From an uncultured delta proteobacterium (GTDB lineage: Bacteria > Desulfobacterota > Binatia > Binatales > Binataceae): a DNA stretch of 64,000 bases. The position numbers were made by a program, and so were the translations under genes. Positions 10,331-19,921 of this stretch are shown here, piece by piece; position 1 is the first letter of the stretch, and each line of letters opens with the position of its first letter. The notes under the pieces were generated by a model. It was not told where the DNA came from. It was given only the letters and a program-made list of their open reading frames with translations, and ran no database searches. Location of the stretch: assembly GCA_963806485.1 (NCBI GenBank), contig CAWDXY010000001.1:654212-718211 (forward strand), read 5' to 3'.

Positions 10331-13153
10331 AAAATGGCAGTTACACCGACCAAGGTAACCGTGAAACAGCCGATTGAAGATTCAAAACCGGCCGCCGCCG
10401 CAAACACAGAGAGCACGCGCCTGCGGGAATGCCGCGAGTCCCAGGTGCCGTGGAAGAAGTGGGGTCCCTACCTGAGTGAACGTCAATGGGGAACCGTGCG
10501 CGAGGACTACAGCGAGAACGGAGACGCCTGGAACTTTTTCACCCATGATCAGGCCCGCTCGCGCGCCTATCGCTGGGGCGAGGACGGCATCGCCGGGATC
10601 TCCGACGACAAACAGCACCTGTGCTTAGCGCTCGCGCTGTGGAACGGTAAGGATCCGATTCTGAAGGAGCGGCTCTTTGGATTGACCAATAGCGAGGGCA
10701 ACCACGGCGAGGATGTGAAAGAGTACTACTTCTATCTCGACTCCACCCCCACACACTCGTACATGAAGTACCTCTACAAGTACCCGCAGGCGGCCTATCC
10801 CTACGCCGACCTGGTGGAGACGAACCGTCGGCGCACCCGCAACGAGATGGAGTATGAACTCCTCGACACCGGCGTCTTCAATGATGACCGCTACTTCGAC
10901 GTCTTCGTGGAATACGCCAAAGCCAGTCCGGAAGACATCCTGGTGCGGATCACGGCAGTCAACCGGGGACCGGACCCGGCAGAACTGCATCTCCTGCCGA
11001 CGATGTGGTTCCGCAACGACTGGGCGTCGTGGATTGCCGAATCCAACCGAGCTATCGAGAAACCAAACCTCAGGCAGATCGAGGCGGCGGCGGGCACCAG
11101 CGCGGTCGCGGCAAGCCATTCGCCGCTAGGTGACTTCGTCCTTTCATGCGAGGGCGAGGTGCCCCTGCTCTTCACCGATAACACAACAAACCACGAGCGG
11201 CTTTTCCCCGGGCAAAAGAACGAGAGCCCGTACGTCAAGGACGGCATCAACGACTGCGTGGTACAGGGCAATCAGGGCGCGGTGAACCCTGAAAAGCAGG
11301 GCACCAAGGCCGCCGCGCACTATCGCATGAACATTGCTCCCGGCCAGTCGGCGACCGTGCGGCTGCGCCTTACGGGCCAAGTCGGTGCCGGTAAGAATGC
11401 GAGAGCCAAAAGCACACCGTCCTCCTTCGGGGGACCGGAGTTTGACGAGACCTTGGCCGCACGGTTGAAGGAAGCGGACGAGTTCTACCGCTCTGTGACT
11501 CCGCCTTCCATATCGCCGGACGCGGCCAACGTGATGCGACAGGCCATCGCAGGCATGCTGTGGAGCAAGCAGTTCTTTTTTTTCGACGGAGAAAACTGGC
11601 TCAAGGAGCATCACTCCAACCCGCTCCATTCCGGATATCGATATTCCCGGAACTCGGAGTGGTTCCACATGCTCAACGAGGACATCATCTCGATGCCTGA
11701 CAAGTGGGAGTACCCCTGGTACGCGGCCTGGGACCTGGCCTTCCACACGCTCCCGCTCTCGATCGTGGACCCGGACTTCGCCAAATCGCAGATGGAACTG
11801 ATGGTCCAGGGAGTCTACCAGCACCCCAGCGGCGCGATACCCGCCTATGAGTGGAACTTCAGCGACGTGAACCCCCCGGTTCACGCCTGGGCGACCATGT
11901 TCCTCAATCGCACCGAGCAGGCCCTGCGCGGCGAGACGGACGTTGAGTTCCTCAAGACGATGTTCAACAAACTGGTGCTGAACTTTACCTGGTGGGTGAA
12001 CCGCAAGGATCGGTTCGGTAAGAACGTGTTCGAGGGCGGGTTTCTGGGGTTGGACAATATCGGCATCTTCGACCGCAGCGCGCCGCTCCCGACCGGCGGC
12101 CACCTTGAGCAAGCGGACGGCACCGCCTGGATGGCTCTATTCAGCCAGAACATGCTGGAGCTTGCGCTTGATCTTGCCGTCCGCGACCGCCGCTATGAAG
12201 ACATGGTCGTGAAGTTCGTAGAGCATTTCGTCTATATCGCCAACGCCATTAACCGTCCCGGTCAGGACGGCCTGTGGGACGAAGAGGACGGCTTCTACTA
12301 CGACCTGCTGCGGCTACCCGACGGCAGTGCCAAGCGGCTCAAGGTGCGCTCGATGGTGGGGCTGCTGCCCCTGTGCGCCACCACGATAGTCGAGGCGTGG
12401 CAGCGGGAGCGCGCCCCGCGGGCCATGGCTCAGCTTCTCCAACGCATGCGGCGGATGCCCGAACTGATGGAGTCCATCCATCCCACCGGCCCAAGACACC
12501 TTGGCGTGGCGGAGCGGGGGATCCTGGCCCTGGTCAACCCGGAGCGGCTTCGCCGGATCCTCTCGAAGATGCTCGACGAGAACGAGTTCCTGAGTCCCTA
12601 CGGTATCCGCTCGCTCTCCAAATTCCATGAGCAACATCCATACATCTTCGAGGTGCAAGGCCAGGAGTTCCGGGTGGACTACCTCCCTGCGGAGTCGAAC
12701 ACCGGCATGTTCGGCGGCAACTCCAACTGGCGGGGACCGATCTGGATGCCGGTGAACGCGCTCATCATCCGGGCGCTGCTGAGCTTCTACCTGTACTACG
12801 GCGACAACTTCAAAATTGAATGCCCTACTGGGTCCGGCAAGATGATGAACCTCTTCGAGGTCTCCAAGGAGATCGCAGATCGGCTGAACCGTATTTTCCT
12901 GCGCGACGAGCGCGGCAGACGTTCGGTGTATGGAGGCACCGAAAAGTTCCAGTCCGATCCTCACTGGCGCGACCACGTCCTATTCTACGAATACTTCCAC
13001 GGCGACAAGGGGGCCGGGTTGGGCGCCAGCCATCAGACCGGCTGGACCGGTCTCGTGGCCGTATTCATCCAGATTTACGGCATTCTCGATCCCAAGAGGT
13101 TCCTGGAAGGAGGCAGGGAGGCCGGGTTCAAGGAACGCGTTCTTGACGCTTAG
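10331..13153 (+). CDS. Glycoside hydrolase family 63-like (mannosylglycerate hydrolase/glucosidase-type) protein
   Basis: About 940 aa. The (alpha/alpha)6 catalytic region carries motifs typical of bacterial GH63/MGH enzymes (DGLWDEEDGFYYD, GWTGLVA). The ORF opens at 10268 with TTG; the ATG at 10331 follows a GAGG. Confidence 0.75.
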   Translation, partial: KMAVTPTKVTVKQPIEDSKPAAAANTESTRLRECRESQVPWKKWGPYLSERQWGTVREDYSENGDAWNFFTHDQARSRAYRWGEDGIAGISDDKQHLCLALALWNGKDPILKERLFGLTNSEGNHGEDVKEYYFYLDSTPTHSYMKYLYKYPQAAYPYADLVETNRRRTRNEMEYELLDTGVFNDDRYFDVFVEYAKASPEDILVRITAVNRGPDPAELHLLPTMWFRNDWASWIAESNRAIEKPNLRQIEAAAGTSAVAASHSPLGDFVLSCEGEVPLLFTDNTTNHERLFPGQKNESPYVKDGINDCVVQGNQGAVNPEKQGTKAAAHYRMNIAPGQSATVRLRLTGQVGAGKNARAKSTPSSFGGPEFDETLAARLKEADEFYRSVTPPSISPDAANVMRQAIAGMLWSKQFFFFDGENWLKEHHSNPLHSGYRYSRNSEWFHMLNEDIISMPDKWEYPWYAAWDLAFHTLPLSIVDPDFAKSQMELMVQGVYQHPSGAIPAYEWNFSDVNPPVHAWATMFLNRTEQALRGETDVEFLKTMFNKLVLNFTWWVNRKDRFGKNVFEGGFLGLDNIGIFDRSAPLPTGGHLEQADGTAWMALFSQNMLELALDLAVRDRRYEDMVVKFVEHFVYIANAINRPGQDGLWDEEDGFYYDLLRLPDGSAKRLKVRSMVGLLPLCATTIVEAWQRERAPRAMAQLLQRMRRMPELMESIHPTGPRHLGVAERGILALVNPERLRRILSKMLDENEFLSPYGIRSLSKFHEQHPYIFEVQGQEFRVDYLPAESNTGMFGGNSNWRGPIWMPVNALIIRALLSFYLYYGDNFKIECPTGSGKMMNLFEVSKEIADRLNRIFLRDERGRRSVYGGTEKFQSDPHWRDHVLFYEYFHGDKGAGLGASHQTGWTGLVAVFIQIYGILDPKRFLEGGREAGFKERVLDA

Positions 13154-13312
13154 GGCGAAGCTGTCCTCGGTGCACGCTAAGGCTGCAATATTGTCAATGA
13201 CAGTGTTGGGCTAGGTCGTCCTCAGATGAGGTAATAAGATGTCAGCGCACAGCGTGAGATAAGAGGGCATCCCTCGATTTTCCAGAGGCTGAAGGCCGAG
13301 TTCCTCAGTGCG

Positions 13313-13762
13313 TTGCCCGCCGTCGTGTTCTTCTTCCTGGCCGCCAATCTGATCAACATCACTCACGCGCTGCTATTTCATAAACAACAAATTGCACTCT
13401 TTTCAGAACTACGCTTGCTGGTAGGCGCGACTATTCTAGGTAAGGTGCTAGCTCTTGCCGATTTGCTTCCGATTATGAATGTGTTTCAAGGCAAACCGCT
13501 GATTTACAAGACTCTTTGGAAGGCATCCATATATTCACTGGGGGAGTTATTCTACCGCTACTGTGATTTTCTCGCGCCATACATTTTTAAGTACAAGGAC
13601 CTAGGTGTCGCAATTCGACAATGGATACTTCAAGAGGATTGGTACCGGTTCTGGGGAATTCAGCTTTGGGTGTTAGTAGTACTGCTCGTCTATGTGGCTG
13701 CCAAGGAAACGATAGAAGAGATCGGCCGTAAGCGCATGCGTCGACTCTTTTTCGGCTTCTAG
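13313..13762 (+). CDS. Hydrophobic membrane protein, probable gene fragment, in a low-GC patch
   Basis: Frame is open from 13238 with no ATG (TTG at 13313). Product has several transmembrane helices. Local GC is about 45-50% against about 67% in the flanks. Confidence 0.3.
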   Translation: MPAVVFFFLAANLINITHALLFHKQQIALFSELRLLVGATILGKVLALADLLPIMNVFQGKPLIYKTLWKASIYSLGELFYRYCDFLAPYIFKYKDLGVAIRQWILQEDWYRFWGIQLWVLVVLLVYVAAKETIEEIGRKRMRRLFFGF

Positions 13763-13834
13763 TCAGTTTGGAGACTTCGTGTGAGTCAAGTAGTGGCGAC
13801 GAACGGAAAGCTGCTGATGGCGTCTGTAATACCG

Positions 13835-13869
13835 GCGGGTAATCGGCGAAGCGCTCGCGCGGTGAGCAG
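13835..13869 (+). repeat. 35-bp direct repeat copy 2
   Basis: gcgggtaatcggcgaagcgctcgcgcggtgagcag, a duplicate of the response-regulator 3' end, 3.75 kb downstream. Confidence 0.7.
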
Positions 13870-13927
13870 AAATTTTCAGGCGGGGGCGTTTTCGAGCAAA
13901 AACAGCATTTTCGCACGTGAGGCGATT

Positions 13928-16645
13928 CTATTTCTTTTGGGCGGCCTTGCCGGTTCCTGACAGCGAAACGGTCTGTGGCGCGCCGGTCACGTTGTCAAAA
14001 ATCATCAGGGTTCCGGTCTGCGGCGTCGTATCCGCCGGCTTGAAGGTTACCGATACCTCGCAGCTCTTCCCCGGCGCGAGCGTTTCGTCGCATTCAGACT
14101 TTACCGCGAACACCGGCGGCGACGCAGTCTCCATCTCGATGCTCACCGTCAGACCGGTTTTTTTTCTGCCCGCATTCTTGATCTTGACAGTCTTAGGCTT
14201 GCTGGTAGTTCCGACTGTCACCTTATCTCCGAATGACAGCGAACGGGGAGTGACAGTCAGCTTCTCCGCGATTGTGGCGGGTTGGAGGGCGATTTGGCTG
14301 CCGACCATCGCGGCGGCCGTACCGCTCTGCGTGCAGGTCTGGCCCGCCGGCGCGGCGTTAGATGTTGTAGCGCCGGTATAAGCGACTACGTTGACGACGG
14401 TGCTCGAAACGACGCCCGAACCACCGCTACCGACGAATTGCGCATAGGGCGAGACCGGGCCTGACCAGGGGTTGGCGGTTGCTCCCTGGCGGACGACGCA
14501 GTTCAGGATCATAGCTTCGTTGCTTTGCGCGAGCTCCGAAAGGCCTGGAACCGAGAGACTGGTTGTACCGGTGCTGCTGGTTCCGACGCCAGTTGAATTG
14601 TTTGGATCGATCGGCGCGTCGAGGTTCGCGCCGCTGAAGCACTGAATCCAGCCCACATACGAGGTATTCGTCGAGCTAAGAGTCCAGGTGAAATTCGGTG
14701 GATCGCTACCGCCGCCCAGGGATTTGTACCAGTAGAGATAGTCCACCGCGCCGCCAGCACCGCTGCTGTCGCTCCGAATCGTGGTCCAGCCGGCAGGAGT
14801 TGCGCTCACCGAGAGGGCAGTCGCGGCATATGAAAACTCGGCGATGCAAATGTCGTTGGCGGCCACCCCGGAAGGATCGTTGGCGGATGCCCCGGAAAGC
14901 TCGTTGGCGGACGTCCCGGAAGGAAAGTTCAGAGTGACGCTTTGGGTCGGGGTTGAATTGTAGGTCGTAAGCGCCGCCGCCTGGTCCAGTAAGGGGGAGT
15001 CGCCCAAGCCTGAAGTAGCAGTGGCGGTTGGAGTTGCGGTCGTTGTTCGCGTTGCAGTTGCCGTCGCAGTGGCGGTCGCTGTCAATGTCGATGTTGCGGT
15101 GACGGTCGCAGTTGCGGTTTGAGTGGCGGTCGCTGTGCGCGTTGCGGTTGCCGTCGCAGTGGCAGTTGGCGTGGCGGTAGCGGTCGGCGTCGATGTTGCA
15201 GTTGCCGTCGGGGTCACCGACGCGGTCGCAGTGGCACTGGCGGTCGGCGTCGCTGTCCGCGTCGCGGTCGCGGTTGCCGTCGCAGTCGGTGTGGGGATCG
15301 TCTGTACGCCGCCAAACTGATAGGCGCCGGCACTACAGGTGTCTCCGCCGGGAGCCGGTCGCCCATAGCCGCGCTGGTCAGTCGTCAGCCGATCACCGCT
15401 AGAGTCAATGCAGTCCAAGAGCGGAATCGGGCCGGCCGCCGGACTGCTCCCCTCCAGCGCGATGGTCTCGGTCGGCCCGCCGTTGTTGGCAAGGCCGCCG
15501 CTGAAGTCCGGATTGGTATTATTCAAGCTGCCAGTGGCGGTAAAGCCGCAGGAGCTATCATCGGAGATGTTGTAGCCGGAGTCGGCGGTTCCATCGCAGT
15601 TGCCGGCGCCTTGGCTAGCCGCCAAAATGGTGCCCCTGAGTTTAGCATCGTTGTCATTGTCGTTAAGGTTAGCGATGGCGCCGCCGAAGGCGGCGCCGCC
15701 GCCGCTGACCGCGTTACTCGAAAAGGTGCTGTTCGTGACGGTCATTGTGCCGGAGTTAGCGATGGCGCCGCCGTAGCCGTCGGCCTCGGAGCCGCCGCTG
15801 GCCTGGTTGGCCGAAAACGTGCAGTTGGTGACGGTCAGCAGGCTGTTGTTATAGATGGCGCCGCCTTCGCCGGCGCCGCCAGCGCCGCCGCCGACGGTGA
15901 GGACGCCGACGGCCTGGTTAATCGAAAACGTGCTGTTGGTGACGGTCATTGTGCCGAAGTTAGCGATGGCGCCGCCTAAGCCGTTAATGCCGCTGTCGCC
16001 GCTGGTCACGTTACTCGAAAACGTGCTGTTGTTGGTGGTCAGCGTGCCGCTGTTCAAGATGGCGCCGCCTTCGCCGTCGTTACCGGTAGTACCTGTCGCG
16101 TGTCCGTCATCCAGGGTCAGAAATTGCAGGTTGAGCGTGGCGCCAGTGTTCACTGCCAGCATGCGATAAAGACTGTCGCCGGAGACGGTAACAGTTTGCC
16201 CGGTGCCATCGATCGTCAACGTGTTCTCGATTGCAGGGAGCATGCTGGTCAGCGTGATCGTGCCGCCGACGCTGAAGTTGATCGTGTCGGTGCCGGTGCC
16301 CGCCGCGCATCCGTTGACGGCGGCCTTAGTGTTGGCTGCGGTGATCGCGTCGCGCAGGGCGCAAACTCCCGCCGAGCCCGGGTCGGCCGTCGTGTTGACA
16401 GTTATCGTGTTACCGCTCGCGTCGGATTGGGTCAGGACTAGACAAACGGGCGCGACCACGATTAGCAGAGCAAGCAGCAATCCCGGCCGGACGATCGCTC
16501 TGGGAGCGCTTAGGCTCCAGGCAGCCGCAGACGGTGAAGCCCGCGCCAAATATCCAGATGTTGCACTCCAACATCTGGTCCAGAATCTTGCCCATTCCTC
16601 CACTTGCTGAGACCTTCCGTCGAGGATGGTCAAATGTTCTGCCAA
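13928..16645 (-). CDS. Large secreted right-handed beta-helix protein with Pmp-like GGAI/FxxN repeats, Pro/Thr linker and C-terminal choice-of-anchor-D-like domain
   Basis: Signal peptide LLLALLIVVAPVCLVLTQSDA. CxLRxAIxxAN N-terminal motif. At least five repeats of GGAI(x)N...TxxNSTFSxN, as in Chlamydia polymorphic membrane proteins. TPTATATATA linker. The C-terminus reads as an Ig-like domain (LSFGDKVTVGTTSKPKTVKIKNAG...CEVSVTFKP...GTGK). The true start codon is uncertain. Confidence 0.8.
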   Translation of the reverse strand: MAEHLTILDGRSQQVEEWARFWTRCWSATSGYLARASPSAAAWSLSAPRAIVRPGLLLALLIVVAPVCLVLTQSDASGNTITVNTTADPGSAGVCALRDAITAANTKAAVNGCAAGTGTDTINFSVGGTITLTSMLPAIENTLTIDGTGQTVTVSGDSLYRMLAVNTGATLNLQFLTLDDGHATGTTGNDGEGGAILNSGTLTTNNSTFSSNVTSGDSGINGLGGAIANFGTMTVTNSTFSINQAVGVLTVGGGAGGAGEGGAIYNNSLLTVTNCTFSANQASGGSEADGYGGAIANSGTMTVTNSTFSSNAVSGGGAAFGGAIANLNDNDNDAKLRGTILAASQGAGNCDGTADSGYNISDDSSCGFTATGSLNNTNPDFSGGLANNGGPTETIALEGSSPAAGPIPLLDCIDSSGDRLTTDQRGYGRPAPGGDTCSAGAYQFGGVQTIPTPTATATATATRTATPTASATATASVTPTATATSTPTATATPTATATATATRTATATQTATATVTATSTLTATATATATATRTTTATPTATATSGLGDSPLLDQAAALTTYNSTPTQSVTLNFPSGTSANELSGASANDPSGVAANDICIAEFSYAATALSVSATPAGWTTIRSDSSGAGGAVDYLYWYKSLGGGSDPPNFTWTLSSTNTSYVGWIQCFSGANLDAPIDPNNSTGVGTSSTGTTSLSVPGLSELAQSNEAMILNCVVRQGATANPWSGPVSPYAQFVGSGGSGVVSSTVVNVVAYTGATTSNAAPAGQTCTQSGTAAAMVGSQIALQPATIAEKLTVTPRSLSFGDKVTVGTTSKPKTVKIKNAGRKKTGLTVSIEMETASPPVFAVKSECDETLAPGKSCEVSVTFKPADTTPQTGTLMIFDNVTGAPQTVSLSGTGKAAQKK
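15000..15300. repeat. Imperfect short-period tandem repeat DNA (GCGGTN/GCNGTN units) encoding the Thr/Pro/Ala linker
   Basis: Visible periodicity gcggtcgcagtggcggtcgctgt... across about 300 bp. Encodes TPTATATAT on the minus strand. Confidence 0.6.
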
Positions 16646-16933
16646 CCAGGTTCCTGCGGAACTGCCACGCGCGATTCCCTCTTCGCGGCGTTTCAGAAGC
16701 GACCCGAGGGTTGGACTAGTAGCAGATATTGGAGTGTTAGGTACTGTCGCGCCAAGCGTAAGTCAAATCGCTGTTCGGAACACGGAGCAGAGGCAGAATC
16801 CTGGATCGCGCGCGGAAGAAAACTCGCGCTGAATAAGGTGCCTCACCTTCAATCCTCTTCCTTGGGGAGGGGGAAGAACTGCGACCAGATTATGCGAAGC
16901 TCTCCTTGCAGGGATGCTTGTTAGCCCAAAGAA

Positions 16934-18058
16934 CTACAGGGTGCGTTTGAAGGATACGCTGGCTAGTATCAGCATCAGGACCATGAAGACCAGCAGGAAC
17001 GCTATGTCGCCGCTTACTGCGGTGAAGTCTGCGCCTTTGAAGAGGATCTGCTTTATTGCGCTTACCGAATGAGTTTCGGGATTGAAGTGCGCGAAGGCTC
17101 TTAGCCACGGTGGGAAACTTTCCACCGGGTAAATCGCGCCGCTGGGGAAGAACAGGATCACGTTCAGAAATCCCGAGAACGTCCCGACCAGGCGCGGATG
17201 GCCCGCGCGTCCCAGCATCGAGAACGTCATCGCAAGCAGGCCGGTCGCGCTGATGACGATTATTACGATCAGCATCAACAGCGCCACGGGTCCGCCGAGG
17301 ATTCGGCCGCGCGTGATCATCAAGCCGAGGAACAAGACCAGTATGCCGCCGACGCTGGTTACCGTCACGCCGCTGGCGAGGATGCCGCCGGCGATGTCCC
17401 ATCGCGAGAGCGGAGTCACCAGGTAGCATTCCGTGACACCCATGAATTTGTCCATCACCCAGTTGAACACGCCGGACATCAGCGAGCCCATGAAGATTGC
17501 CATCACGATCACGCCTGGGATAAGCGAGCGATCGTAGTCCACGTAGGGGAAGAGCCAGCTCGGGCGCAGCGAGATGTCGTTGAGCTTCGGCTCGCGCGCG
17601 GTGACGAAGGAGACCCTGACGGTGGCGGCGGCCGTGTCGAGCACGCTTTCGAGCGTCTCGGAGCTGATGCTGTCGACGTTGTCGGTGAACAGTCCTATCT
17701 GCGCGATGCGGCCTTCGGCGACGTCGTGGCTGAAGTCGGGCGGAATGACGACGACGCCTTTGTAGAGCCCGTCGCGAACTTCGTCGACGGCATTTCCGGG
17801 ATCGTTCTCGAAAGTGACGTCGACGGTCTTAGGTCCCGCCTGCAGCGCGAGCAACTGTTCGACGATTCGGCGGGCGAAGAGGCCGTGATCCTGCTCGACG
17901 ACGACGATCGGCAGATGCTTGAGCTGGCCCTGGAAGGAGTTGCCGATGATCACCAGATAAACGATCGGCATCAGGATGACCGAGATCAGCGTGATGGGAT
18001 TGCGCGTCAGCTTTTTGAGATCGCGGCGCATGATGGCGAGGAACTTGAGCCCGAACAT
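16934..18058 (-). CDS. ABC-2 type transporter permease
   Basis: Start MFGLKFLAIMRRDLKKLTRNP, six predicted transmembrane helices and an ABC-2 family signature. The track ORF extends upstream only as Arg-rich read-through. Confidence 0.8.
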   Translation of the reverse strand: MFGLKFLAIMRRDLKKLTRNPITLISVILMPIVYLVIIGNSFQGQLKHLPIVVVEQDHGLFARRIVEQLLALQAGPKTVDVTFENDPGNAVDEVRDGLYKGVVVIPPDFSHDVAEGRIAQIGLFTDNVDSISSETLESVLDTAAATVRVSFVTAREPKLNDISLRPSWLFPYVDYDRSLIPGVIVMAIFMGSLMSGVFNWVMDKFMGVTECYLVTPLSRWDIAGGILASGVTVTSVGGILVLFLGLMITRGRILGGPVALLMLIVIIVISATGLLAMTFSMLGRAGHPRLVGTFSGFLNVILFFPSGAIYPVESFPPWLRAFAHFNPETHSVSAIKQILFKGADFTAVSGDIAFLLVFMVLMLILASVSFKRTL

Positions 18059-18069
18059 CGACGACCTCC

Positions 18070-19077
18070 TCAGCGCTGCTGCGGCATCCCGGCTCCCACG
18101 AACAGGCTGACCTTCTTGGCCGGCTCGTCGCGGAGTGTGCGTCCGGTGAAGTGGATGAAGACGTCTTCGAGCGAGAGCTTCTGCACGGTGATCGACGTCA
18201 CATGGTCGCCGGCGGCGTCGATGGCCTCGAGAATTTTGGGAATCGCGTGCGCGCCGTCGTTGGACGAGAGCTGGAGGCGGTTGCCGCCGTCGCGATTCAC
18301 CTCGCGCAAATACGGCATCGGGCGAAGCATCTCGGCGATAGCGTCGGGATTTTTTTCGACCACGAGATCGATCCGGTCCGCGCCCGGCACCATCGATTTG
18401 AGGCCCACCGGCGTGTCGAGCGCGATTATCTTGCCGCCGTCGACGATTGCGATCCGATCGCACAGCGACTCCGCCTCGTCCATGTAGTGGGTGGTAAGCG
18501 AGATGGTGATCTCGCTTTCTTTGCGCAGCGTCTCGAGCAGATCCCATACGGCGCGGCGGCTTTGCGGGTCGAGTCCGATGGTCGGCTCGTCGAGGAACAG
18601 CACGTCGGGCGAGTGAATCAGGCCGCGCGCTATTTCGAGGCGCCGGCGCATCCCGCCCGAATAGGTCGCGACCAGATCGTTGGCGCGCTCGGTCAACCCG
18701 ACCATGTGCAGGAGGCGATGGCCGCGTTCGCGGCGCTCGCGGCGCGAGAGGCCGAAGAACTCGCCGTAGATATCGACGTTCTCCCATCCCGTGAGATCGA
18801 GATCCGAGGTCAGCGCCTGGGGGATGACGCCGATATTCTGGCGGACCTTGCGAGGGTGGCGCGCGACGTCGAAGCCCGCGACGAAGGCCTGGCCGCCGCT
18901 CGGCGTGAGCAGCGTGGTGAGCATCCGCACGACGGTGGTCTTGCCGGCGCCATTGGGGCCGAGCAAGCCGAATACCTCGCCGCGACGGACCTCGAAGTTG
19001 ACCTTGTCGACCGCGGTGAAAGTACCGAAGCGCTTAGTCAGGTCTTTGGTCTGTATTGCTAGTGACTCGGGTTCCAT
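18070..19077 (-). CDS. ABC transporter ATP-binding protein
   Basis: Walker A GPNGAGKTT, ABC signature LSGGMRRRL, Walker B LFLDEPT. Confidence 0.9.
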   Translation of the reverse strand: MEPESLAIQTKDLTKRFGTFTAVDKVNFEVRRGEVFGLLGPNGAGKTTVVRMLTTLLTPSGGQAFVAGFDVARHPRKVRQNIGVIPQALTSDLDLTGWENVDIYGEFFGLSRRERRERGHRLLHMVGLTERANDLVATYSGGMRRRLEIARGLIHSPDVLFLDEPTIGLDPQSRRAVWDLLETLRKESEITISLTTHYMDEAESLCDRIAIVDGGKIIALDTPVGLKSMVPGADRIDLVVEKNPDAIAEMLRPMPYLREVNRDGGNRLQLSSNDGAHAIPKILEAIDAAGDHVTSITVQKLSLEDVFIHFTGRTLRDEPAKKVSLFVGAGMPQQR

Positions 19078-19921
19078 CGGTTCTCGGAAAAGTGACTTCC
19101 GCGGTCATCCCGGGTTTGAGTTCGCCTTCGGCTTGCAGCACCTGGACCTTGACGTAGAACGTGCGAATGTCCTGGCGCCCGCGCCGCACGTCGCGCTCGG
19201 TCGCGAACTGGCCTTCCTGCCCGATAGCCATGACGCGGCCCGAGAAAATCTGCGGCGGCGTGGTCGGCAATTCGACCTGCGCCGCCTTGCCGATGTAGAG
19301 CGAGTTGAGGTCGGTTTCTTCGACGTCGACGCGCGCCCAGATTGTCGAGAGGTCGTCGACGGTCAGAACCGGCACGCCTGGCGTTACCCATTCACCGACT
19401 TCGAGCGCCTTGCTGACGATGACGCCGTCGACCGGCGACTTGATTTCGGTGTCGATGATTTGATCGGCGTAGAGCTGCACGTTGGCTTGCGCGCTCAGCA
19501 CGTCGGCCTCGTCCTGCTCGACGCTGGTGATCGCGTCATCGCGAGTCTTCGACGCAATCGCATTCGCCTTGGCGAGCTCGATGTCGCGCGCCAGGTCGCG
19601 TCGCGCCTGCGCCAGGTTGGCCTCGGAATGAGCGAGGTCAGCCTTCGACTTGGCAAGCTGATTTCGTAGATCGATATCCTCGATCCGGCAGACGACCTGT
19701 CCCTTGGTGACGTGGTCGCCTTCGAGCAGGTCGAGCTGCTTGATACGGCCGCCGATGCGGCTGGTGATATTCACTTCGGGCGCTTCGATCATGCCGACGA
19801 CCTTGATCGTCGAACGATCCTCGGTCGGCCACAGGTAGGCGCGCCCGAAGAAATAAAATCCGAGCACGACTCCGGCCAGAATCGCCAGCCGAATGAGGCG
19901 CCGAACCAGGGTTCGGATCAT
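19034..19921 (-). CDS. HlyD family secretion / membrane-fusion protein
   Basis: N-terminal membrane anchor, coiled coil and beta-barrel periplasmic-adaptor architecture. Start overlaps the TetR stop (ATGA). Confidence 0.85.
   Translation of the reverse strand: MIRTLVRRLIRLAILAGVVLGFYFFGRAYLWPTEDRSTIKVVGMIEAPEVNITSRIGGRIKQLDLLEGDHVTKGQVVCRIEDIDLRNQLAKSKADLAHSEANLAQARRDLARDIELAKANAIASKTRDDAITSVEQDEADVLSAQANVQLYADQIIDTEIKSPVDGVIVSKALEVGEWVTPGVPVLTVDDLSTIWARVDVEETDLNSLYIGKAAQVELPTTPPQIFSGRVMAIGQEGQFATERDVRRGRQDIRTFYVKVQVLQAEGELKPGMTAEVTFPRTDGTRVTSNTDQRPD

Noticed and set aside
15119-15979. 286-aa + strand ORF full of RRRC/GGAA runs
   Set aside because: Antisense of the Pmp-like protein's repeat region. 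Low-complexity and not protein-like.
17198-18487. 429-aa + strand ORF
   Set aside because: Antisense to the ABC permease and ATPase genes. Dominated by Asp, Arg and His with no domain.
18059-18787. N-terminal 240-aa extension of track ORF 16934-18787
   Set aside because: Arg-rich read-through of the upstream ATPase gene in another frame. The true permease starts at the ATG at 18058.
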